Shown: positions 25,702 through 36,970 of the stretch, piece after piece
Position numbering within the stretch: position 1 is the stretch's first letter
Layout: each line of letters begins with the position of its first letter
Assembly (NCBI GenBank): GCA_964016885.1
Contig: OZ024740.1
Coordinates: 379,564,001-379,628,000 of the forward strand
Length of the DNA stretch: 64,000 bases
DNA from: Eledone cirrhosa
Taxonomy: Eukaryota
Direction: 5' to 3'
The notes under the pieces: model-generated
What the model saw: only the letters and a program-made list of their open reading frames with translations
Database searches by the model: none
Told to the model about the DNA's origin: nothing
Translations under genes and position numbers: made by a program

Positions 25702-26261
25702 TTAATTCTCAAAGATTAAAAATCCTGAGAATGTTGAGTAATCATTGAGCAGTGCTGAGTCTTTACTGAGTTGAATCCAGACGTGGTCATCAACATTGAG
25801 GTTAAGAATTATGGTGTTGCTGCTTGAACCATATCCTGCTCGGCCATCTCCATGCAGTGGAAGTTGGTGTTGGTTATTCACCATCATCCAAGCAAATGCA
25901 TCCACTTTATTCTGACCCATGATGTGTGCTGTGAACAGGTAGGTTCCATTGAGCTGACAAACAAAATGGGATGTATATATGTCGAAATTGTCACCAATAT
26001 TTACAAAGACATTGTTGAAAGTCACTATTGTGTCTTGTAAAACTCGCCCCAGCTTGGTTGTTCTACTGGCAGAAAATGCAATTCGTTTGCTAGGTTTACT
26101 TGAGAGACCTTTCTCTCCTCTATCTCCTTTGTATCCTGGATATCCACGAGGTCCCATAGCTCCTTTAATGCCATCACCTCCATTATTACCAAGTTCACCT
26201 TTTTGCCCTTTTCTACCACGACTTCCTTTGTCTCCTGGTGGTCCCAAAACTCCACTTTCAC
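25702..26261 (-). CDS. Collagen + C1q-domain (C1q/TNF-related) protein, last coding exon
   Basis: tttcAG acceptor, 18 Gly-X-Y triplets, then gC1q motifs (IAFSASR, IVTFNNVFVNIG, F.C.LNGTYLF, ILNL..DDHVWIQL, STFSGFLI) and a TAA stop. Confidence 0.95.
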
Positions 26262-26448
26262 CTGAAATAAAAATAAATATAGTATTATAGGAATAGACAT
26301 GTATTTCTTTACACTCTGAATTCAAGTTTCAGAATGGTCAAATTTGTTTTTCCTCATTCTGAAATCAATCAATAAAATGTGTCAGTCAGATACTTCAGCT
26401 TTCATTCACATCCACCACCAATCCACAGTCAAATTTAAAAAATAAAAT

Positions 26449-26663
26449 ATAATAAATAAAATCATTGTGTACAGTGCTCAGGTGCATTACAACTCATCAA
26501 AGGTACATGTATAGTACATAGAATAATGTACAAATGTCATGAAAGCGAACAGTGTATGAGTCATGATATACAAACAGATGCACACATACACATGCGTGTG
26601 TGTGTTTGGAGGGGGGTATATCAGGTGTAGTGTTGGCAAATTTTGGGAAGCACGGAAGTTTTG
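26449..26663 (-). mobile_element. CR1-like LINE 3' end fragment in the C1q intron
   Basis: Reverse complement matches the ORF end and 3' UTR of the element at 55129-56240. Confidence 0.85.
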
Positions 26664-26959
26664 ATCTTGTGTTTAAGTTAGAAATTAGTCTTATATAAAT
26701 GCATGTTTTTCCTGTTAAGTTACATGCATATATGTGCACTTATACATATGTTCACACAGACATACTCTGAAATTCTACTCTTTCCTCTTTCAGTATATAT
26801 ATATATATATAGATTTTGAGTTTATGTTGGTTGTATACCAACACCTCAGTATGCAGGCTGGAGCACTCGACAAAGTGCGCAGGTTGGTTTGGTTACTCCG
26901 GAGTAGTGTAAAATAAAGTTAAATAAAAGTCAAATGATTAAAATTTAGCTTCGTTTATT

Positions 26960-27014
26960 ACTGCTATATATATTTCAGTGACAGCCATCTTTGGCTGTGA
27001 CCTCTTCAGGCAGT
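26960..27014 (-). ncRNA. Type I minimal hammerhead ribozyme
   Basis: ACUGC-CUGAAGA-GGUc-ACAGCCA-aaga-UGGCUGU-cACU-GAAA-UAUAUA-UA-GCAGU: stem I ACUGC/GCAGU, intact core, stem II and a short palindromic stem III. Confidence 0.75.
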
Positions 27015-27244
27015 TTGAATTAGTATGGTATAGACAAGTACATATGTTGTTTAGGTGTATAATATTGTCAATACTCTGATATGCCCAGTTCCTTGTTGGG
27101 TTGTTAATTCACTGAGGAACTGTAGTCATATGACTCCAGTTCCTCAGTGAATTAACAACCCAACAAGGAACTGGGCATATCAGAGTATTGACAATATTAT
27201 ACACCTAAACAACATATGTACTTGTCTATACCATACTAATTCAA

Positions 27245-27299
27245 ACTGCCTGAAGATGTCACAGCCAAAGATGGCTGTCACTGAAATATATATAGCAGT
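27245..27299 (+). ncRNA. Type I minimal hammerhead ribozyme (mirror copy)
   Basis: actgc CTGAAGA tgtc acagcca aaga tggctgt cact GAAA tatata TA gcagt. One substitution at the base of stem II relative to the minus copy. Confidence 0.7.
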
Positions 27300-28298
27300 A
27301 ATAAACGAAGCTAAATTTTAATCATTTGACTTTTATTTAACTTTATTTTATATATATATATATATATATATCATCATCATCATCGTTTAACGTCTATCTT
27401 CCATGCTAGCATGGGTTCAGACGGGAATTGTCTCACTTGGTTGTCTCGCTCATATAGGACTGTCTGGCAAATTTTCTACGGCTGGATGCCCTTACTAACA
27501 CCAACCATATATATATGGTGGGCTTCCACAAAGTCAATCAAGGGTATCCGGTTATAGAAACCATGCCAAATATGGAATGTATGAGAAAAATGAGGTCACT
27601 CAACCTGGTGCCACGAGTGACATTGACTTCATAGCTGGATACAAAGGGAATTTTTTAAAATGTGTATAGTCAGTCATGGTTGTGTGGTTAAAACGTTCAT
27701 TTTACCACTTTGTGTTTTTGGATTCATTCCCAACTGTGTAGCATCTAGGTCCCACTGTTTTCTACCATAGTCCCGAGTCAACTAAAGCCATGAGAGTGAA
27801 ATTTTGTGGATGGAAACTGTGAAGTGAGTCATAGAGACCATTCTTGTTGTTGGGGTATTGCATTAATCTGTTACCTAGTTTAACTTCACCATCTGTCCCT
27901 TGAGTACTTTTTGGAGAGAATGCTCTGTTGCAGGCATTCAGGCCAGATCTCCAGTTTGAAGAGAACAACTAACAGTCTATGTATATGCATGCATGAATGT
28001 GTGTAAATGTGGTTAGTGTTAGGAAGGGCATTCAGCGGTAAAAACCCCGACCAAATTTAATCCCGTCAGAGCAAGGTATGGTACGGCCAATCCTGGTCAA
28101 ACTTGTCTCTCAACACAGATGACCTGTCTCTCCCATTCAAGCATGGAAAAAGGGATGTTAAATAATGATGTACCCATGCAAGCGTGGAACATGGACGTTA
28201 AACGATGATGATGATGATGATGATGATATATATATACACACCATCATGTCCACATATATATATGTATATATATATATATATGTAAATATATATATATA

Positions 28299-29077
28299 AG
28301 GCTACGTTGGTATGGACACGTGATGCGCATGAAAGTCGATAGCTGTATAACAAAGTGCAGGGCAATAAAGATAGACGGTAGTCACGGAATAGGCAGACCT
28401 AGAAAAACCTGGGACGAGCTGATAAACTCCGACATCACACACTTACACCTCTCCAAGACAATGTCACTGGACCGAGACCTTTGGCGGTACTCAGTAACAG
28501 AGAAGACCCGCCTTACCTAAATATATAGTAAAACCTACTCCAGCCAGTAGGCATCTCTAACAAAATACACCCCGTCCCACCACCACCACCCCCACCCGAT
28601 CCACACCACCCCGTTCTATGTAAAGTTATGTTGGTGCCGCGCCATCGAGGCCGAAACAAATGAGATCGTGTAGGTGTCACGACAAAAAAACACACAGTCC
28701 ACGCTGTAATGTGGCCGTGTAGGCAACACGGTAAAAACCTCCCAGACCCACACTGTAAATGTGGTTGGTGTTAGGAAGGGCATCCAACTGTAGAAAACCT
28801 GCCAGACAGTCCTATGCGAGCAAGACAATCACTCTTGCCTCAAGTGGGACTACCCCCGTCCAAACCCATGCAAGCATGGAACACGGACGTTAAACGTTGA
28901 TGATGATGATGATGATGATGATGATATGTAAATATATATATGTATATATATATATATATATATCCGCCAGACAGTCCTATGCGAGCAAGACAACCACTCT
29001 TGCCTCAAGTGGGAAAACCCCCCGTCCAAACCCATGCAAGCGTAGAACAGGGACGTTAAACGATGATGATGATGATG
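28299..29077 (+). mobile_element. RTE LINE 3' fragment with 3' UTR and a duplicated tail
   Basis: LRWYGHVMRM...GRPRKTWDE, a UTR and (GAT)n at about 28900-28925, and a second tail copy at 28963-29077. Confidence 0.85.
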
Positions 29078-29275
29078 ATATATATATATATATATATATA
29101 AATATGATAGTCTTCTGCAGTTTCTGTCTAACAAATTTCACTCACAAAATATTGGTCAACCTGAAGCTATTGAAAAATTACTTGCCTAAAACTACATGAT
29201 TGTGAAGCAAACTCCTTAACCATGATATTTTCTTATATTATTGTATTATTCACATAAAAAAATAATAATAATTAC

Positions 29276-29513
29276 CTTTTAATCCAATTGACCCTTGTAA
29301 GCCATGTTCACCTCTCTCGCCTTTTTGGCCTTCAATACCCATAGCACCTTGCAGACCCGGTATTCCAGGTACTCCTGACGGACCTGTTTGGCCAACACAG
29401 CACTTACACTCCTTGTCCTGAAGATATCCATGTGTACCTGAAGCAACCAGCTGAATGTGCATAGCTAATAGCCATGTCAGACTGGAAAGCTTCAGTCCAA
29501 CTGTGTGTGCCAT
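29276..29513 (-). CDS. Collagen + C1q-domain protein, first coding exon (signal-peptide-like segment, CKCC, collagen start)
   Basis: ATG at 29513 in an exon starting at 29545 (ttcAG), 13 Gly-X-Y triplets, and an AAG|GTAAT phase-1 donor that joins in frame to 26261. Total CDS 798 nt, 265 aa. The frame is open upstream of the ATG, so the start is not certain. Confidence 0.9.
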
Positions 29514-29619
29514 CAGTCTAGGAAGTGCAGCACCAATATGGTCACCTGAAATAGGATTGAGAGTAAAAGGTTATTTACTGTTTAATATTTCAATAGAATA
29601 AGGAAAAAATAGATTGGGA

Positions 29620-29950
29620 AGAAAGAACAGAATGTAAAATAAGCAAATATTGAAAAAAAAAAGAACAAAAAGGAAGGGAAAAGAAAGGCCTCTAGTGTCA
29701 CAGAAGAGTGGGGAAAGGGGAGGCTGATGGGCTCTGGGCCTAGGGACAAGACCACAAAAGCATTCCTGCAAACAATAGCCAGCGACACCTGCTGCAACAG
29801 CCACCCCACCTCGTGGGGCTCCTTCCTCAGACAGGTCACTGATGTTCAGATCTTGTGGAAGAGCTCGGCAGTGTAGGGTCCAAGTATGCCTGAGGTCTTG
29901 ACGGCGATCGGTGCAATCTCCGGTATTTGTTTATCTTCCTTTTCTCTGCA
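29620..29950 (-). mobile_element. CRE-like non-LTR retrotransposon C-terminal fragment
   Basis: APIAVKTSGILGP...EPHEVGWLLQQVSLAIVCRNAFVVL resembles the C-terminus of CRE elements. A related decayed piece lies at about 39240-39430. Confidence 0.6.
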
Positions 29951-30067
29951 TATTTCAATCATTTGTAACCCTTTCATTACCAATCTGTCCAAAACCGCTT
30001 CTAGTTTTATAAAACAAAGCCTCTCATTTTGAAGGGTTCCTATTTATATTAACACTCTCCAACATAA

Positions 30068-30542
30068 TCTATATTATAAAAGAGAAGCTGTTTTGCCCCT
30101 TGTCTGTCTGTTGCAACATATATCTAAGAATGGAAAAGGGTATGTGTGTGTGTGTGTGAAAAGTTATTGTTGAGAGAGAGAGAGATGGATAGTTTAAAGC
30201 ATAATTTGACAATATCCTTCATTAGGAAACGTTTTCTGTGTAGTTTACAAGGGTGTAGTTTACAAGGGTGTTTTCCATTGCTGTGTTCAAATCACCCATT
30301 TGTATAAAACAACTTCTCACTTTTCCTCTTTTCCCTCGTATACATATGTCTGATGTACAGGCAGAGGAAGAAACAACTTCTCTTTTATAATATGGATAGA
30401 TAGATAGATTGTTCAACAGTATTCAAACTGTTATTAATCTTCACTGAGAAAGTTAATCTAAAAATTATTTGAACAATTTATGAAGTTATGTACATGTTTA
30501 ACAAATATTTTACTGGCTGTGTAGCCATTGGTAATGATCTAG
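30068..30542 (+). mobile_element. Non-autonomous Helitron-like element inserted in a MITE
   Basis: A|TCTATATTATAAAA 5' end, weak subterminal hairpin, CTAG|T 3' end, no TSD. Confidence 0.6.
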
Positions 30543-30744
30543 TTTTATATAAGAACTATATGTTAGATTGTTATCTTAGTAATGAAATCATCATCATTTA
30601 ACATCTACTTTCCCTTCTAGCATTTTAGTAAATACCTCCAAATTCTTCATTAGTTAATTGAAATACAGTTAATTTCACTAGAAATATAGTCAGAAATAGG
30701 TTGACATGGTCATTATTATCCTTGTTATTATCAGCCATAGCCTC

Positions 30745-31132
30745 AGTGGATTATCAGTATCGGTAGAGCGTTGGTCAACATGCTTTGCAGCATAGAGTTT
30801 ATGGCTTTTATGTTCTGATTTCAAATCTTGATGGGGTTAACTTTGTCTTTCATCCTTATGGGGTCGATAAAATAAGGTACCAGTAACGCCCTGAGTCGAT
30901 TTAATCGACTTCCCCCTCCCCCAAAAATTGTTGGCCTTGTGCCTAAATCAGAAACCATTGGCAGTATCGGTAGAGGGTCGGACGCCATGCTTTGACGTAT
31001 AGAGTTACGGCCCTTGCCATTCTGAGTTCAAATGTTAACTTTGTCTTTCATCCTTACAGGGTCGATAAAATAAAGTACCAGTAATGCACTGGGTAATTGC
31101 TGGCCTTGTGCCAAAACGTAGAAACAATTATT
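30745..31132 (+). mobile_element. Two adjacent tRNA-SINE copies
   Basis: Two tRNA-like heads, each followed by 'aactttgtctttcatcctta.ggggtcgataaaataa.gtaccagt'. Confidence 0.8.
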
Positions 31133-32199
31133 ATCATGAACTTTCTCTTCACCCTTCTCATAATCACCTTCCTTCTCACTCCTATTGGACCTGCTGCTAG
31201 ACACTCATGCATCTCTTTCACTGTAATTGTTCCTTCTCACTTAATGAGATTTACAGTCTTTGTTTTCCGTTCAGGGATGTGCAGAGTCACCATCATCATC
31301 ACCGTTTAATGTCTATTTACTATGCTTGCATTGTTTAGATGGGTCATTATGTTCTGAGGCTTGACCTCTCAAGTGATCATGTCAAGCTCATTCATTTCAT
31401 TTTAGCATGGTTTCTATGACTGGAGGGCTTTTCTAATAATAACCATTTTACAGCATATACTAGGAGCACTTTATTTTAACTCTAGCACTACCACCATACA
31501 GTGTGAACTGGGTGCTTTTTATCGTGACACCAACCCTACTAACCTTACAGAATAGACTGGGTGCTTTTTATCATGGCACCACGTTACCATTTTACAGAGT
31601 GAGTTGGGGGAGCATTTCATTGTGGCACCAACACTATAAGTTTACAGTGTGGGCTGAGTGCATTTTATTGTGGCAACAGCACTACATTGTTACAGACACT
31701 AGAGTGGTTGTGACCTTGGCTAGGCTGTGGGTGGCACCAGTACTATCCAATTACAACACTAAGGCCCTAGTTTTGTCCTTGGTGAGGCTGGGAAAGCAAG
31801 GAGGGTAGGGTTGTAAGATCTGACTAGAGAGGCGGGTAAAAAGCTACATGTTTCTTGCAGAGGAAGGATGGGATGGTCATCCCACAAGGAGATAGCAAGT
31901 GCTGGGTTGTGGAAGTGGCCTTGAAGAGAGTGAGTGACATCTGGCATCATGGGGCAAACCTGGCTTTACATACTAACTTGGGTTAGACAAAGAATGTGAA
32001 TCAAGGATGTGAGAGTGGAGTGTGTCTGTCTTTCTATGCTGGCATAGGCTGAATGGGGAAGGGATGGAAGTGAAGGGTGGGAGTGGGGCTTAGATAGTAA
32101 AAGGTGATGGAGATGAGGGATGATGGTAGGGGAGTCAGGAGTGTGCTAACAGGTGGGGACCTCTCTGCCTCTTCATTACCATCTTTTCTATGGTTGTTT

Positions 32200-34065
32200 C
32201 ATCTCGCTTGTTTGGAGAGGTGAGTCTTCAGTAGTATGTCAGTTACCTTCATCGTGTGTCATTCCATCATAAAGTTCAGCAGTGTGAAGTTAGTCTTCAT
32301 CATATTATCACAAATTTTCCTAGATCTACCTCTTCTATAGGTTCCACTGACTTCAAGTGTCCTGCATTTTTTATGTTGCTGATATCCACCATACACATCA
32401 CAGCCTTCTCTCCTGCTCACTGCATCCAATCTTTCTTACACTCAGATTTTCTTAGCTTTTACATTAATATTTCTTCGTTCATTACACGTCCATTAGAGCA
32501 TACTTGTCTCTTTTCTTTACAATCATTGTAGCTCCTTTACACACTATGCTTAGGTTCTACTTCCATGTAGCATTGTTGTTTGTGCACAAGCATCATCCAA
32601 TTAACTTTTGTTTCTAAAAGAGAAACTCTTTGTAGCCATCAGTTTTCACTCTAGTTTCTCTGCCTTCAAAGCACCCACCTTCACTGCTAATTTGGTCACC
32701 TAGGTAACGGATAAAGCTTGCTTTATGTGAGCTCTTACTGCTCCTGCAGCTTCTGCTAGATAGAAAGCATACATTCTTTGCTAGTCTGCTGAAGATCCTA
32801 CTGCACCTCTTGTGTACATTTTGTAAATAAAATGGAATTTCTACTTACTCCCTGCATACTGAACAAAATCATTTCCCTGATGAATTTAGGGCTCTGTTTT
32901 CGTTTCTACTTTCTAGAATTTTAGTTTTCACCGAGTTGATTTTGATATCAGGTTTTGCTTCCATTTCTGGAATTTCTTCTCTAATTCTGCTGTAGATTCA
33001 GCTGTGAGGATTAGTCCATTCACATATAGTAGTTCCCATGGGTAGCTAGTCTTAAACTCCTCAATTATGGCCTGGAGCATAATAATAAACAGGGAGGGGG
33101 GCTGCTGACAGAGGTTTGGTGGACTCTTGCATATATACTAATTTCGTCTCTATACTCATTGTTAACTTTAACCTTGCTTACTGCATCTCTGTACATGATT
33201 TGTACTGCCTTCACAAACCACTTATCCACTCCTAGTTTCATAAGAGCCCATCAGATTATGGAACTAGGTACTCTGACAAATTCTTTCTTCAGGTCAATGA
33301 ATGCTAGGTAGAGTGGCTTACTCTTACCTAGATACTTCTCCTGTGGCTGTCTCACCAGGAGGGGTACATCTGTGGGATCTTTACCTGACAAAGCCAAACT
33401 GCATCTCATCTAGGTTAATTTCCTCCCTAATTAGTTGTGCTATAACTCTTTCAGTAACTTTCAATAGTTAGTCTATCAAATTGATGCCCCCAGTTTTCCC
33501 TTGTAGTTGTTGATGCTGCTGCTATATCAGTAATTAGGTATGATGCTATCCTGTATTACTTGATTTACTATACACTTAGCGTGTGGCCTTCCATACTGGA
33601 TCCTTTCAGCAACACAGCAGTTATCTCTAATCGTCCAACTGCTTTGTCCATCTTCATATCCTTAATCACCTTTGGACTAAACTACTGCTAATTTAGATGG
33701 CTGGTCCCTTATTTGGGTCTAATTGAGGCAGACTATCTTCCTCCCATGCATTCTCATTCAATAATCCCTGATTACGGCACTTCTGTGCTTCCTTCTTTTT
33801 ACATCGGTGAGGGCAAGTGTGCCACTGTTATTTCAGATGTACTTCTCCCCACAATCATCTTGATTTTCCATAGCACACTGCTTTACTGAATACTTACTTT
33901 CTGCTTATCTCCTTCCTAAGTGTACCTGCCACCCAGCTTCTCTTTAACTTCTTGATACTGTTCTTCCCCAATTTTGCCAGTTTTTCCAAGTCTTTTTCTT
34001 AGCTTTCATAATCTCATCTATCCTTTTATTCTGTCATAATGCCACCTTTCTTCACACTGGGGTCT
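32200..34065 (-). mobile_element. Highly decayed RTE LINE of the PHD-bearing group
   Basis: Reverse complement aligns to 400-2450 (LDEMQFG, EEFKTSYPWELL, HKRCS), with many indels. Confidence 0.85.
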
Positions 34066-34744
34066 TGCACAAGGCACAGATCAATGGTTGTATATACTCG
34101 GTTTATTTATATTTGTATGCAAGTACATGGTATCTATATTGTAAATGTAAACAGCCCCCAGTTCATCCCATAAGGATTACTGATGCCACAGTAAAATGCT
34201 TCCAGTATACACTGAAAACGTGGTTGGTATTAGGAAGGGTATCCAGCTGTAGAAACTATGCCAAAAGAAGAATGTATAAGCTAGACATAGTCACATGACT
34301 GGTCTAGCCTCAGAATATGACAACCTATCTAACCTAGGCAAACATGGAAAATAGACGTTAAACAGTGATGATGATGATGATGATAACAATGACTTTCCAT
34401 TCTAAGTTCAAATCATGCTGGGATCAGCTTTACCTTTTATCATTTTGGGGGTCATTAAAATAAAGTACCAGTGATACACTGGAGTTGATTTCATTGACTA
34501 TTTCTCCACAATCACCCTCCAAATTTGAGGCCTTGTGCCAATGCTAGAAATCAATATTCAGTCTATTATTACTTCTGTAGTCTCTATCTATTTTTTTTCA
34601 TTTCACATCAAAATCTTTCAAGGTTATGTGTGTATTAATATTAAATATAGGAGAATAATCACACGTGAAACTCATATCTGCAAATATAAGACACATACAC
34701 ACTAAAATATATACCTCAGGAATCAGACATAAAATGTATCAGCA

Positions 34745-34801
<57 letters not shown>

Positions 34802-36289
34802 CATACAACCTATCACACAAACATATACACCTATCACAAACACACATACATATCACACAAACACACACCTATCACACACTCATACATCACACACACACTT
34901 ATAAACACACACATGCATGCGAAATAGATATTTACATAGGCATTGAGGATAACAAACTACTTAACAGGAACTAAAAATATATATTTCGTTTGACATCAAA
35001 AGGTCAAAGCAAAGCTCTTGTTTTCTTTCTTACATTAATAATATTGGCAATAAAGGTAGGCTTTCGAAATGGTTGCATTATCTCTCTCTCTTTTCTCTCC
35101 CCCCCCCCTCTCTCTTTCATACTCTTTCTTACACACAATCACTGTCACTTAAAATGTTCAATATTTGGTGTGTTCAACAGACACCAGAGTAAATACTAAA
35201 AAGAAAAGAAAACTACTTCAGATAAACTTAATATCAACAAATAGAAATGCCTGGCTTACACTGAAGCAATAAATAATATTAAGCTAACCAATCTTCCATG
35301 GCAACAGCTAACTAATACAGAAATACATTCGTAAAAACAATAAAAACAAACAAACAAGAAATGATATAATTAGCAATGTGTGAGTAGCAACACACCCATT
35401 TGGGCCTGGCTTGAGCTTTGTTAGGGGGTGAACAAACTGTTCAGGGTAGTATTTGATGTCTCTAAAGAAGATTTGAGATAATTTTGGAAATATTTTACAT
35501 GTGATACTAGCATTCACACCTGGCCTTGCCTGGGATTATTAATACTGAAAGTAAATACACTCACATGAATTCACTATTGTCATCATTACCATTGTTTTTA
35601 CAACTGTTTTTCTTTATGCTGGTTTGGTTTTGGGGCAATGTTTCTATGCATTGGTGTCCTTCCTGATGTCAACCCATATTTTATTATGGTATATATCACT
35701 GATATATATACCATAACTGTAATGGTTCACAAGTATAGTAGGTGTAGTATTGTAAATATTTCTTTGATATGAGTAGTGATTGTGTTTTGGGGTTATAGAA
35801 GGTAACTCATGTAGCATGTTTCCAACAGACACTATGCACTATACAAATATCAATAAACCTACATGTATATATAGCTATTGAGCTGTGGCTGTTGATGAAA
35901 GTTAACATGGTGACAGAATAGTAGGATAGATGAGATATCAAAGCTAAGAAACAAGTATGGAAAGAGTGGTAAAATGGGGGAAGAACAGTAACAAGAAGCT
36001 AGGTGACAGGTACACTTGGTAAGGAGGAAACTAGAAAGTGAAAGGTTTACACATGCTTTATGTTTTGTGAATGAAAGGAGTTCACAATTGCAAGGCAATG
36101 TGGTAGGGAAAATTGATGTTGTTGGGGAGAAGTGCATCTGAAATGACCCTGGCATACATGCTCTCACCAATCTAAAGAGAAAAGTGCTGTTATGAGAAAG
36201 TGTTGAATGGATATGCATGGGAGGAAGATAGTCAATGTCTCGGGTGTGGCATTTTTGCAGATGGTTTTTGATTGAGGAAGCACTCATGT

Positions 36290-36970
36290 TTGTATGTTCT
36301 TTGATTCACTTGCATAGTTTACAAACAGTGCTTCCAGGGAAACTGGAGCACTGCTGATATCAACCTAACATCAAGATTTAAGTGCTAAGTTGTTGACTTA
36401 AGGGATACATTGTACAAAGTACCCTCTGTATAGAATTTATACAGAAAATGTCATCCACATAGTAAGTGCATGCAAAATGTTAGTACAAAAAGAGTATAGG
36501 AGAAGACATGACAAGGTCTGTGTGTCTTCACTGGTCAGTGTGCCAAAAATATAGATATAGGTACTAGTATGCTCCAGAATGTTTCCTTGATAACTGAGAC
36601 AAAACCAATGTACTCTGGGACTTTGTTATCCAAAAAGATTGCATGCTTGAACACAACAGATTTCATACTGTAATTATGCATAAAAATAGGCATGAATGCC
36701 AGGTTACTGAGATTACCATCTCAGGAGACTACAACATAACCTTGAAACAAATTGAACAGATAAGAGGATATACTAATTTGAAGATCAAAATTGCAAGAAT
36801 GTGGTCAATACTACTTGATAACTTAAAGATAATTCCAGTTGTTATCGGAGATTTGAATTCAATACCATTATAACTGAGAGCAAATAGACTTCAAATTACA
36901 AATTGCTCTCCTACAAAAGACTGTTCTGTTGGACACTGCACTTATATTCAGGAAAGTACCTTCTGTCTAA
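36290..36970 (+). mobile_element. R4/Dong-like non-LTR retrotransposon C-terminal fragment (restriction-like endonuclease)
   Basis: CKMLVQKEYRRRHDKV, VLWDFVIQKD, LEHNR, IARMW, IIPVVIGDL. Confidence 0.7.

Larger units (their letters stand above)
26811..27350. mobile_element. Penelope-like pseudo-LTR remnant forming a 442-bp palindrome, inserted in (TA)n
   Basis: Arms 26909-27129 and 27130-27350 are reverse complements with two mismatches and no spacer. Each arm has a hammerhead core followed by AATAAA. Confidence 0.7.

Noticed and set aside
25702-26325. Single-exon 207-aa C1q ORF from the ORF track
   Set aside because: The first 21 residues are intronic polypyrimidine tract; the real exon starts at 26261.
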